From positions 434,001 through 498,000 of the forward strand of contig JAPDFW010000057.1 in NCBI GenBank assembly GCA_028826165.1: 64,000 nt of DNA, written 5' to 3'. Shown piece by piece: positions 45,801 through 59,800 of the stretch (positions within the stretch are counted from its first letter, which is position 1; each line of letters opens with the position of its first letter). Source of the stretch: Anaeramoeba ignava BMAN (lineage: Eukaryota > Protista > Anaeramoebae). A program made the translations under genes and the position numbers. The notes under the pieces are model-generated. The model ran no database searches and was not told the DNA's origin. It saw only the letters and a list, made by a program, of their open reading frames with translations.

Positions 45801-48800
45801 TTTAGGACATCTTTTGTTCCAAAATAAGTTTTCTAAGGACGAATATTTATTTGAGAAAAAAAGACTCAAACCAGCAAAATGGCACCATATTACAATTACA
45901 CATGCTCCTGTTTTTGGGGAGAACAATTTCGGCCAGCTCTCGCTCTTTGTCAATGGCAGGCTCGTGGATACAGGTGTGTGCTGTTATCCGCAGGGTTTCC
46001 GATCTCCTCTTAAAATATCCTGCGGCGGGTTTTGTTCTGATGTCTCAGATTCACCTGATCCGCCGCAATGGTTCCTTGCATCTTCATATGTTTTCCTCGG
46101 CACATTCGATCCTAATAGGGCTCTTCTGTTATATCTGCTCGGCCCAAATTACTCTTCAAGTTTTGAGGAATCGATCCCCAAATACCTTCTATTCAATCAG
46201 GTCATGCAGCGTCGCAAACAAGATAAATTCTTCCAGTCAGAATTACTTCAAACAAACAAAAATATTTATCTTTCTTCTCTTCGCAACGATCTCATTTTCG
46301 CATTTATCCCCAAAACAAACCGTTTCATGTTCGCTGCAGAATGGCCGCAGATCATCGACACTCTCCCGAAATCATCGGCAGTCTCGCTCAAAAGACGCCT
46401 TATTCTTTATGCAAGCATACCGAAAATGAAAGGTTATTGCAAAAAAGAAGAGCGAATATCTCTGAAAAGTGCTATTCATTCAATCGGCGGCGTTCGTTCT
46501 GTATTGTATTTTGTGGCATCGAGTCTTCAGCGTTCTCGCGATTGCCAATATCTTGCGATTTGTTTTCTCAACTCTGTTCTTGAGAATAACCCTTTAAGCA
46601 TCCAAGAAATGAGTCAAATCGAGGGTTACGAACTAGTTGCGCGAATTTTAACCAAAAAGGCATGGAAACTTGACAAAGAAATACTGAGTGCATGCTTCTC
46701 GATGTGCGGATGCAGTGTGTTCGAGCTTTCGCCACTTCGATCAAGAGAAAGTATCACAAACGAAAATCGAGAAGTGAAATCCAATTTATCCGAAATGATC
46801 ACAAATGCATCTGCCTTTCGCAGTCTCGTTCTCAATTGGAAAATCTGGAAACGCGCGCCACTTCCTGTCCAAAGTCAGCTCTTCTCAAGTGTTTACCAAC
46901 TAATCTCTCCAGAATATTCCAAATACTCCCGGCATAATCGAATGCTTGTTGCCGATCTTGGTATTGTTTCTCATCTCCTCGACATATTCACCCAAGACCC
47001 TCTTTTCCCTTCAGAGTTAACAGGCACAGTGATCCAAATCATTGAGGAATTCATCTCCTCCACAAAAGACTACGAGCTTGTATTCGATTTCATCTTACAA
47101 TCACACCAACGTCCCCAGAAACTAACAATAACTTCAATTACTCCGCTCGATTCACCGATTCTTCCAGACACCACAGAGTTTCTCCAAATTGATCTCCATG
47201 AAACCACCAGTAAAAATATCCGCGAATCCTCCCAATCATCTCCAACAAATTCCGATAATCACCAGATCCCCGGCGAACTAGAAAACGATCTAAATTCTGA
47301 AAACGATGCCGAAATGTTCAAACAACTTCAGACAGAGGCTCTTCCCCAGCTTGAGTCAACACCAATAAAACGTCTGCATAAATCCCGTCGTAAGGCACGC
47401 AATCACGACTCTAAGTTCCATGTTCGAGCGTGTGTTATCAAATTATTTACCGAAATGATCCAAAACACAAACAATAAAAAATCAATTGTGGATTTTCTTA
47501 AAGATTGTTCTCCAAAACTTTTTCTTGCTCTTGTTTGTCACGAATCCAAGGAGATCCGTCTTGTTGTAGTTCAGCTTATAAAGGCTCTATTGTCCTGGGA
47601 TGTTTTTGCCAAGAAATTCAATTACATATACGCTTTCGATGTTCTTGGTCATCTTCTTCAGCAATTTCCTACCTCTTTACCAATTCTTGATGAACTCTAC
47701 TCAATGCTCGTTGATTTTACTGCGCTTTCCCCTGTTCTTATGGTTGTTGCAAACTGCAATTACAGCATACATCGTTATCATGCAATCCAATCTTTGCGTG
47801 GTATTTTTGAAAATTCAAATAAGGAAGAATTCCTTAAAAAAGGTCTTGTCGAGCTTCTTTGTGATGTTTTTATTGTTCTTGTTAATGAATCTGATGATAA
47901 TGTTGTCAAAAAATATTCTGATCCAAAAAGCATTGATTCTATTAAAAATAATTCAAAAAATATTAATTCTAAAAATATTGATTCAAAAAATATTGATTCA
48001 AAAAATATTAATTCTAAAAATATTGATTCAAAAAATATCGATTCAAAAAATATTGATTCCGATGGGATTGATTCACAATTCAGTCGCTCTTCTAATGAGA
48101 GCAAGAAAATTGACGATATTTCAGAATCGGATGAACATCAAAACATTGAGCTTGCCATTCTTAACTTTTTGGAGGAGATCTGTGACTATGGATGCTCAAT
48201 CCAAAATGGTATCCCAAATGTTGTTGCTCATGTTCTATGCACAATTCGTTATACTCCCAACATATCAAGCACAGAGATTCGTTGGTATCAGCAGAAATTA
48301 CTTCGACATGTTATCGAGTTTTTTCTCCAGAAAATACAAGTTCAAAAATTTCTTAATTCGAAGATTTTGCAAGTTAACGCTTGTGAATATTGGGAAAATC
48401 TTGTGAATTTTATGATTTATTGGGTTGAAATGTGTAAAACAAAGGATGATTTAAAAAATCAAATTGAAAATCAAATTGAAAATCAAAATCAAAATCCATT
48501 AAAAAATCCTAAATTAAAACAATTCATCTTCCCAACAAGAACCGACCTTGAATTCTTTCATTATGTCTTCGATAGACTCGCTTTAATAAGAGCAAAAATC
48601 GAAAAAACACCCACTTTATTATCTCATTCAACAAAAAAAGCAACATCAGCAGTTTCTTTACAAATAAACCGTCTTCTTTTATCCATTCTTGATTCTTCAA
48701 AACCAATCAAAATCCAAAAACTTGCTATCAATTTCTTAGCAGCACACTTGTTTTTATTAGCAAACCTCATAGAAAACGAATCAACAGCTCCAAGAATTGC

Positions 48801-51800
48801 TTTCTATCTTTCTCAAGTCGGTTCAATTCCTTCAAAAAAATTACAAACAAAAGCACAATTTATTTACAAGAGAGTTATCCAAAACCAAAAATTCATCACA
48901 AAAATTGTTGGAAAATCAAAGAAAAAACAACAATTTTTCTTCTCACAAATCCAAAAACAAAACCAAAATGAAAAGGAAAACTTCCAAATTTTGAAAAATT
49001 ATTCTTCTCAAAAAATAAAGAATTTATCAAAAAAAGATGAGGCAACTTTCGCGAAATTTCAGCAATTTATTGTTCAAATTGGAAACAAAATTACAGCAAA
49101 CAGAAAACGCAAAAATAACCATCTAAAAAAAATCACAAATCTATCAACAAATATGCTAGTAGAACACCAACAAAAACTCCAGAAAATTGCCATCGATGAA
49201 TTTGCAAAAAAATTGGAACACGAACGCATAATATCCGAAATATGGATCAGAATTATCAATGAAACAACTCACGAAAGAGCTATTTGGTATGTCCCGCCAA
49301 AGTTGACTTTGTATGCTATTGATGAAACAATGGATGCTCTTCGAAGGAGAAGAAGATTGAAAAAAATTTGTTTATTCAAAGAAGAAGAAATTCAACAACA
49401 TAAAGCAAAATTTACTTCTCATTTTTTCAAATATGAAAAAAATCAACTAAAAAACGAAAATGAGTTAAAAAATGGAAATCAAAATCAATTAAAAAATGAA
49501 AATGAAAATGAATTAAAAAATGGAAATATATTTTCCAAGAGCATAAATACGCAAAAACAAATAAACAAACAATTCTTTAATCAAAACTTACCAGAAAAAA
49601 ATAGCGTTCCAAAAAATAAACCCATTTTACATTTGGATATTATAGACATGATAATCCCAAACGAAAAAAATCAATCAACAACAAATTCATACGTTGATAC
49701 GATTGGAAAATCGCAGCAAACAGGACTCCATTCTAACGAAAAAATGGAGTATTTCATTAAATGTGTCCGAATCAATTTATTTACCGATTATTATGGAGAA
49801 TTAGTTTATTCCGATAAAAGAATACATTTTTTCATAGAGAAATACACAGAGCTTTCATCCTCAGGAAAAACGATCACAAAGCATACTCTTGCTATTGACA
49901 ATCACCTCCAAATTAGCTATTCCGAGATTCGAGAAATTCACAAAAGAAGATATTTACTTCAAAACAAAGCAATGGAAATTTTTTTAACAACAGGAAAATC
50001 ATATTTCTTCGCCTTCCAAACAAGCACTCAGAGAAACGATGCATACGACCGTCTTGTCTTGCACAACATGCCAAATTTCCTTCATTTTGAATCCGAATCA
50101 AACGGCAAAATCCTGCGCAAATCAATCACAAAATTGTGGCAAAATCACAAAATCAGCAACTTTGCCTATTTGATGCATCTCAACATTCTCGCAGGACGCA
50201 CATATTGTGATCTGTCACAATACCCTGTTCTCCCGAATATTCTGCGGGAGTTTGAGAGCGCGGATCTGAATCTCAGCTCAACTCACACTTTTCGCGATCT
50301 TTCAAAACCAATGGGAGCTCAAAATGCTGCCAGAATGAAATATTTTGCCCTAAAATTTAAGGATCTTCTTGAATCCGAACAGACTCCCTATCACTACGGA
50401 ACGCACTACTCAAATCCCGCCGTTGCGCTTTTCTTCTTAGTCAGAATTGAACCGTACTCTTCTTTGCTTGTTCATCTTCAAAGTGGAAAATTCGATCTTC
50501 CCGATCGACTTTTTGATTCATACGAGAAAATCTTCAACAAATCTGAAGACACAGCCTTTCCCTGATATAAAGGAGCTCATCCCCGAGTTCTTTTATCTCC
50601 CCGAAATGTTCATCAATCTGAACGGTTTCGATCTTGGAACAAAACAGATCGGGAAAATTGTTGATGATGTCGAAATTCCACTTTGGGCAAAAAGCAATCC
50701 TCGTTTGTTCACATATAAATTTCTTGAAGCTCTTGAATCCCCACTTGTATCAGAATCCCTCCATAACTGGATAGATCTCATCTTCGGTTATAAGCAGCAA
50801 GGACGCCATGCCGAAGAGGCTTTAAACTTATTCCATCCAAATACATATGAAGGAAATGTTCATATTGAATCCATTGAGGATGAAGAAGTAAAACGTAGTT
50901 TGATAATGGAAATTCAGAACTTCGGACAGACACCTGTTCAGATTTTCAGCAAACCTCATCCAAAAAGAAAATCTCAGAAAAGTACCTCCACAATCATTGA
51001 TATCATTCATTCTTATTCTTCCAACGAACAACTCTCCTCTTTGATCCAAAAATCAAATTCTAACTCAAAATCTCAAATTCCTTCTTTATTATCAAACCTT
51101 CATCTTTCAAGAGATCAAAAAAACTCACAAAATCTAATCAAGATCAAAAGTTCTCCTCTTCATTCTTCTCTTGGAGACTTTAATGTTCTTAAATCCTCAA
51201 ATAAAGCAATTTCTGATGATTATTCTTTGTTAAATCACCAAAATGTCAAATTTGAAATTCACACAAAATCCCAATCTTTATCCAAAATTTCTGATTCTCC
51301 TCTTCATAAACCAATCTCTTCTAATCACAAATCCAATCTCAATCCTTTTGAAAAAAAAATGAAAAAGAAAAATCAAAATGAAAATCAAATACAAAATCAA
51401 AATAAAAATCAAAATGAAAAATAAAAATAAAAATCAAAATCAAATTCAAAATGAAAAACAAAATAAAAATAAAATTCAAAATCAAAATGAAAAACAAAAT
51501 CAAAATAAAAATCAAAATCAAAATCAAATTCAAAATCAAAATCAAATTCAAAATCAAAATCAAAAGAAAAATCAAAATCAAAATAAAATTCAAAATCAAA
51601 ATCAAAATCAAAATCAAAATCAAAATCAAAATCAAAATCAAAATGAAGACAAAATGGAAAGTGATCAAGAGAAAAGTTTTTCAGAGGCATTTTTAACAGT
51701 CAAATCACTAGCGAATCTAAGTGCATTATCAATACAAACAACCAAGAAAAGAATCAGTGGATTATTTGCTGTTGGGAATAATGCGATTGGACTTCAAGGA

Positions 51801-52610
51801 TCGAGTGTGAGTCTAGCAAGAGATAACACAAAAATAATAACTTTTGGGAACTGGGATGACACAATCCGAATATGCATTCAAGACACGGAAAAAGTGATCT
51901 ATTCAATACAACCTGTGCATCAAGAAACAACAACAAGTTGTGTTTGTATACCTGATGGATCTGGAATAATCACTGGTGGATCAAAATCAATTATCACAAT
52001 TTGGAATTTAAATAATGATTCAAAAGAAAACTTTTTTATTTCGCTCAAAAGACAGCTTTTTGGCCATACAGACACTGTTCTTTCTCTTGATGTCTCTCTT
52101 GACTTCCGTATCTTTGTTAGCGGCTCAAAAGACTGTTCAGCTATTATTTGGGATCTTGATTCTCTTAACTGTGCTTTCTCTTTGGATGATCATGTCGGTT
52201 CTGTTACTCATGTTGCTATTAGTCCTCAAAATGGTGATATTGTTTGCTTTGCTTCTGATTCAATTTGTCAACGAAATCAATTGAGTTTATGGTCAATTAA
52301 CGGTCATCTTATTGCCAGAAAAAATTTCCCTAATTTTAACAATTCTTTGGTTAGTTCAATTTTATTTTCTCCAAAAAGTGTTGATCTTGTAAATCAATGG
52401 CTTTTTACAGGAATGGTGAATGGAGATATTATAATTTGGGATGCTTTTGATTTACAACAGGTTTTATGTTTGAATAGTCCTGAAAATTCTCCTGTAAATG
52501 GTCTTTGTTTTTCAACTGATTTGAAGATTTTATTTTCTGGTCATTCAAATGGAAAAATTATTTCTTGGGGATCTTCTTCTAAAAAAAAGAACAAAGAAAA
52601 GAATTATTGA
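42820..52610 (+). CDS. Giant BEACH-domain protein (ConA/LamG-like, PH, BEACH, WD40; LYST/neurobeachin-like). Intronless, with apparent +1 indels at ~50540-50562 and ~51420
   Basis: '[13 protein letters not shown]', '[28 protein letters not shown]', 'HYGTHYS', 'FDLPDRLF', then in the +1 frame '[11 protein letters not shown]' and '[12 protein letters not shown]', and after a second shift WD40 repeats such as 'GHTDTVLSL...[14 protein letters not shown]'. Confidence 0.93.
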
Positions 52611-52851
52611 AAAAAACAAAACAAACAAAATTATCATTTAAAAATTAATTCTTTTATCAATCAAATTTTTTGAAAATATTATTTTGTTCTTCTTTCTTTT
52701 TCTTTTCCATTTGATTAAAGTTTAAAGAATGTTTTTTTTTTAAAAAAAAAAGAAAAGAAAAGAAAAGAAAAGAAAGAAAGTCAATTTTAAATTTAATTTT
52801 TAAAAAAATTTTAAATTTAAAAGACTTAATCTATATTTTCTAGAAATGATT

Positions 52852-55800
52852 TCAGATATCATTATTAATATCATTTTCATTATCATTATCATTATCATTT
52901 TCACTTTCATTATCATTATCACTATCATTATTTTCATTTTCAATATCATTTTCATTATCATTTTCATTATCATTTTCATTTTCATTTTCATTTTCATTAT
53001 CATTTTCATTTTCATTTTCATTTTCATTTTCATTTTCATTATCAATATCATTTTCATTATCAATATCATTTTCATTATCAATATCATTTTCATTTTCATT
53101 ATCATTATCATTTTCATTTTCATTTTCATTTTCATTTTCATTTTCATTATCATTTTCATTTTCATTTTCATTTTCATTTTCATTTTGATTTTCATTATCA
53201 TTTTCATTTTCATTTTCAATATCATTTTCATTATCAATATCATTTTCATTTTCATTATCATTATCATTATCATTTTCATTATCATTATCATTTTCATTTT
53301 CATTTTCATTATCATTTTCACTTTCATTTTCACTTTCATTTTCAATATCATTACCATTATCATTATCATTATCATTTTCATTTTCATTTTCATTTTCATT
53401 ATCATTATCATTTTCATTTTCATTTTCATTTTCATTACCATTATCATTATCAATATCATTATCATTATCATTTTCATTTTCATTATCATTTTCATTTTCA
53501 TTTTCAATATCAATATCATTATCATTATCATTATCACTTTCATTTTCATTATCATTTTCATTTTCATTATCATTATCATTTTCAATATCATTTTCATTTT
53601 CATTTTCATTTTCATTTTCATTTTCATTATCATTTTCATTATCATTATCATTTTCATTTTCATTTTCATTTTCATTTTCATTATCATTTTCATTTTCACT
53701 TTCATTTTCATTTTCACTTTCATTATCACTATCATTATCATTTTCATTTTCACTATCATTTTCAATATCATTTTCATTATCACTAGGAGAAATATCAAAA
53801 ATATAAATGGAATTCTTAATACCATTAAGTCTTTTCCATCTTCCTAAACGATGTTCATAACTAACACAAACAAATAACTTTTTTAAATCTGAAGTAATCT
53901 CCATTGAATTAACACAACCATTAATTTGAATATTATCAATATTAACAAAAGATTTCAAATTTCTTGAAATTGCCCAAACTTTAACAAATCCATTATCACT
54001 TCCAGAAAAAAAAACATTTTTCTTTGGAATTGTAAGCAAAAAAGTGATCCAATTTCCATCATGAGCATTTTTCTTTTGAAATAATGGATTTTTTTTAGAA
54101 GTTTTCCAGAGAACTAAAGAGCCATCTTGTCCACCAGAAACAAATAAATTTGTATTGAGCATTTTAACACAATCAACTGAAGAAATGTGAGTATTTTCAA
54201 AAACTAAATGTGAATCTTGAGCACAGTTCCACAATCTGCATGTTTTATCAGCTCCAGATGTTACTGGTCCCATAAAATCAAATGAATCAATTGATGTGCA
54301 TATATTTGTATGTCCATAAAATGTTCCACTTTCTGCTTTTTCATCTAAATTCCATGATTTCATAGTTTCATCTTCTGAACATGTAAAAAATTCACTTGTT
54401 TCATTTCCAAATACTAATCCTGTAATTGCTGAATTATGTGCTTTCATTACAGTATTACACTCCATTGTTTTCCCATCTATTACATATACATATCCATTTG
54501 ATCCACCTGCAAGAATTCGATATTTTATACTATCAAATGCTAAAGATAATATTCTTGTTTTATCCTCATTAAAAAACATTTTGCATTGGAAATTGTTTGT
54601 ATTCACTATAAATTTAAAATAAATTGAAATAAATTTTAAATTTGAAATAATTTTGAAATAAATTTGAAATAAATTTGAAATAAATTTGAAATAAATTAAA
54701 ATAAATTGAAATTTAAATAAAATTGAAATAAATTTGAAATAAATTTGAAATAAATTTGAAATAAATTTGAAATAAATTTAAAATAAATTGAAATAAATTT
54801 GAAATAAATTTGAAATTAATTGAAATAAAATTGAAATAAATTTGAAATAAATTTGAAATAAATTTAAAATAAATTGAAATAAATTTGAAATAAATTTGAA
54901 ATTAATTGAAATAAAATTGAAATAAAATTGAAATAAAATTGAAATAAATTTGAAATAAATTTGAAATGAATTTGAAATAAATTTGAAATAAATTTGAAAT
55001 AAATTTGAAATAAATTTGAAATTAATTGAAATAAAATTGAAATAAATTTGAAATAAATTTGAAATAAATTTGAAATAAATTTGAAATAAAATTGAAATAA
55101 AATTGAAATAAATTTGAAATAAATTTGAAATAAATTTGAAATAAATTTGAAATAATTTGAAATAAATTTGAAATGAATTGAAATAAATTTGAAATAAATT
55201 TGAAATAAATTTGAAATAAATTTGAAATAAATTTGAAATAAATTTGAAATAAATTTGAAATAAATTAAAATAAATTTGAAACAAATTAATATAAATTTGA
55301 AATAAATTTGAAATAAATTTGAAATAAATTTGAAATAAATTTGAAATAAAATTTTAAATTTGAAATAAATTTGAAATAAATTTGAAATAAAATTTTAAAT
55401 TTGAAATAAATTTGAAATAAATTTGAAATAAATTTGAAATAAAATTGAAATAAATTTGAAATAAATTTGAAATAAATTTGAAATAAATTTGAAATAAATT
55501 TGAAATAAATTTGAAATAAATTGAAATAAATTTGAATTAAATTTGAAATAAATTGAAATTGAAACAAATTTTAAATAAAATTGAAATTAAAATAAATTTG
55601 AAATAAATTTGAAATAAATTAATATAAATTAAAATAAATTTGAAATTAATTGAAATAAATTGAAAATAAATTTGAAATAAATTGAAAATAAAATTGAAAT
55701 TAATTTGAAATAAATTTGAAATAAATTTGAAATTGAAATAAATTTGAAATAAATTTGAAATTGAAATAAATTTGAAATAAATTTGAAATTGAAATAAATT

Positions 55801-56543
55801 TAAAATAAATTTGAAATAAATTTGAAATAAATTTGAAATAAATTTGAAATAAAATTGAATTAAATTTGAAATAAAATTGAAATAAATTGAAATAAATTGA
55901 AATAAATTTGAAATATTGTTGAGTTACTTCTTGTAATATCTCCTCTTTTATTTCCAAAAAATAGATTTTGATTATCATTTGAAATGCAAGAACAAGTAAT
56001 TGGAAGACTTCTTTTTCTTTTTATGATTCCTTGACGATTCCCCATTTTCAAAGATTTCATATATAAAGTAATATCTTCTAAATAACTTTTCTTCTTCATA
56101 TCATCTTCTTTCTTCAATTTCTTTGATAATTCTTTTTTTTCTTTTTTTGAATATTGATATAATTCTTCATCTTCTTTTTTTGTTTTTGTTTTTTCTTTAT
56201 CCGTAAATTTTTCAAGTATTTTCCTCGCAATTCTAATACGTTTTTCATCAGGTGATTCATTGTCTTCAATACTTGGAATATCTTTTTCTGTTATTTTCCC
56301 CATTTCTCTTTGTGATTTGTTTGTTTTATTCCTTTTAATTCCGAAAAAATTTTGATTTTGATTTTGATTTTGATTTTGATTTTGATTTTGATTTTGATTT
56401 TGATTTTCATTTTCATTTTCATTTTCTGAAGATTCAATTTCTTCATCTTCAATTCTTTGATTTGGTAATTGTTGCACTTTTTTTCTTTTCTTATTTTTTC
56501 TTTTATTATGAATTGGAAGGAAAAAAGGATCTTTGAAAGACAT
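52852..56543 (-). CDS. RRP9: U3 snoRNP WD40 protein RRP9/U3-55K with a ~310-aa N/D/E tail. Intron 55927-54606
   Basis: 'DPFF', 'ESPDEKRIRIARKIL', WD40 repeats, 'VTSGADKTCRLW', 'FVSGGQDGSLVLW..SKKNPL', diagnostic 'EHRLGRW'. Confidence 0.88.
54620..55915 (-). repeat. Intronic 11-bp satellite (ATTTCAAATTT on the sense strand)
   Basis: About 1.3 kb of AAATTTGAAAT units on the + strand, inside the RRP9 intron. Confidence 0.93.
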
Positions 56544-56841
56544 TTTAAAAATAAATGAAAGAAAAAAAATGAAAAAAAATGAAAATGAAAAAAAAAATTT
56601 TTTTAATTTTTCTTTTTAAAAAAAAAACAAAAAAAAAATAAAAAAAAATTCAAAAGAAAACAAAGAAAAAAAATCCACAAATTGCAAATTAAATTTCAAA
56701 TTAATTCCAAATCAATTTCCAATTAAATTTCAAATCAAATTTCAAATCAAATTTCAAATCAATTTCCAATTAAATTTCAAATCAAATTTCCAAATCAATT
56801 TCCAAATTAAATTCCAATTAAATTTCAAATTAAATTGCAAA

Positions 56842-59800
56842 TTAATTTTGATTTTCTTGTAAAGAATTTGTTTTTTGTTGTGGATCTGAAAGAATTGAAT
56901 TTAATTTTTGAGTAAATGGATTATTACTAAGTGAAAATTTTTGTTGTGGTTTTTTTTTAGGTTGAAATTTAATTTCTTTTGAAGTATTTGTTCTTTGAAA
57001 ATTAATTTCTTTTGAAGTATTTGTTCTTTGAAAATTAATTTCTTTTGAAGTATTTGTTCTTTGAAAATTAATTTCTTTTGAACTATTTGTTCTTTGAAAA
57101 TTAATTTCTTTTGAAGTATTTGCTCTTTTTAATTTGTTTATATTTTGAATTTGATTTATATTTTGATTTATATTTTTATTTTTATTTATATTTTGATTTT
57201 GATTTTGATTTTGATTTTGATTCTGGTTTTGATTTTGGTTTTGATTTTGATTTTGATTTCTTTCTGGTTTTGGAAATCTATTTGGTTTTGGAAATTTATT
57301 TGGTTTTGGAAATTTATTTGGCTTTGGAAATCTATTTGGTTTTGATATTTGTTTTGCTCTTGGTATTTGTTTTCCTCTTGGTGATATATTTTGTTCTGTT
57401 CTTGGTATTTGTTTTGCTCTTGGTATTTGTTTTTCTCTTGGTGATATATTTTGTTCTGTTCTTGGTATTTGTTTTGCTCTTGGTATTTGTTTTCCTCTTG
57501 GTGATATATTTTGTTCTGTTCTTGGTATTTGTTTTTCTCTTGGTGATATATTTTGTTTTGCTCTTGGTATTTGTTTTCCTCTTGGTGATATATTTTGTTT
57601 TTGAATTTCACTTGGTTTTGGAAATTCATTTTGTTTTTGAATTTCACTTGGTTTTGGAAATTCATTTTGTTTTTGAATTTCACTTGGTTTTGGGAATTCA
57701 TTTTGTTTTTGAATTTCACTTGGTTTTGGAAATTCATTTTGTTTTTGAAATTGGCTTGGTTTTGGAAATTCATTTTGTTTTTGAAATTGACTTGGTTTTG
57801 GAAATTCATTTTGTTTTTGAAATTGGCTTGGTTTTGGAAATTCATTTTGTTTTTGTGCTTCTGCATTTCTTCTAATTGGTTTTTGTAAATTTTTTTGTAT
57901 TTTTGGTTTTTTATTATGTGTTTTTGGTGGAAGTGGTGGTTTTTCTGTTGGATTTATTTTTTTTACTTCATTTTGATTGTTTAGATTTATATTTTGATTT
58001 TGATTTTGAATTTCATTTTGAATTGAATTTTGAATTGAATTTTGATTATTAAATCGATTTTGAATTTGTTTGAACTTGTTTTGAGGTTTTTTATTTCTTT
58101 TTATATATTTATTTTCAATTTTGGTTTCAATTTTATTTTCAATTTTGGCTTCAGTTTCATTTTCAATTTTATTTTCAATTTTATTTTCATTTTGGTTTTC
58201 ATTTTGGTTTTCAATTTTATTTTCAATTTTATTTTTATTTTGAATTTGATTTTCATTTTTATTTTCAATTTTATTTTTATTTTGAATTTGATTTTCATTT
58301 TTATTTTCAGTTTCATTTTCAATTTTATTTTCAATTTTATTTTCAGTTTCATTTTCAGTTTTATTTTCAATTTCATTTTCAGTTTCATTTTCAATTTGAT
58401 TTTCAATTTTATTTTCAATTTCATTTTCAGTTTCAGTTTCAATTTTATTTTCAATTTTATTTTCAATTTTATTTTCATTTTCAATTTTATTTTCATTTTC
58501 AATTTTATTTTCATTTTCATTTTCAGTTTCAGTTTCATTTTCAATTTTATTTTCAATTTGATTTTCAATTTTATTTTCATTTTCAATTTTATTTTCATTT
58601 TCAATTTTATTTTCAGTTTCATTTTCAATTTGATTTTCAGTTTCAATTTTATTTTCAGTTTCAATTTTATTTTCAGTTTCAATTTTATTTTCAGTTTCAT
58701 TTTCAATTTTATTTTCAATTTCATTTTGTTGAGGAGAAAGGTATTGTTTTGGAATTTTTGGAGCAACCCTTCTTGGTTTTAGAGATTTAATATTATTTAT
58801 ATTTTCTAAATTTTCAGATTTTTCTTGATAAACTTCTGATAATTCTTGATTTTTATCATTTTCAGATTCTGTTTGCTTACTTTTTCTTGGAGGTGGTCTT
58901 GGTGGAAGTTGCTTTTCTTTGTCTTGATTTTCTTGAGATTCTATTTGCTTACTTTTTCTTGGAGGTGGTCTTGGTGGAAGTTTTCTTATTTGTGTTGTTG
59001 CTTGATTTTGTTCTTCATTATTTTCTTTTTGTTCTTTAATATTTTCTTTTTGTTCTTCATTATTTTGTGGATAATTTTCATCATATTGATAATTTTCATC
59101 ATATTTATAATTTTCATCTTGTTTATAATTCTCATCTTGTTTATAATTTTCATCATATTGATAATTTTCATCATATTGATAATTTTCATCTTGTTTATAA
59201 TTCTCATCTTGTTTATAATTTTCATCATATTGATAATTTTCATCATATTGATAATTTTCATCATATTGATAATTTTCATCATGTTTATAATTTTCATCAT
59301 ATTTATAATTTTCATCTTGTTTATAATTTTCATCATATTGATAATTTTCATCATATTTATAATTTTCATCATATTGATAATTTTCATCTTGTTTATAATT
59401 CTCATCATATTGATAATTTTCATCATATTGATAATTTTCATCTTGTTTATAATTTTCATATTTATAATTTTCATCATATTGATAATTTTCATCATATTGA
59501 TAATTTTCATCATATTGATAATTTTCATCATATTGATAATTTTCATCATATTGATAATTTTCATCTTGTGTATTTTCATAATTAATATCTTGACTTTCAA
59601 TTTTGTCTTGAGATTCTTCTAATTTTTCACTTTTATTTTCTTCTTTTGAATTTAATTGTGATTGTTTTAATTTTTGATAACAAATATCACAAACTCTACA
59701 ATTTTTTGAAATTCCAAGATGAGACAGAGGCATTCTATGAGAAGAACAAGATCCACAAACAATATTTCCACAATTACGACAATGATGCTATAAATGAAAT

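Noticed and set aside
43320-48406. Overlapping or antisense ORFs within the BEACH gene
   Set aside because: Expected by-products of higher GC content; no recognisable domains.
54778-55978. FQIYFKFISNL repeat ORFs
   Set aside because: These translate the 11-bp satellite inside the RRP9 intron.
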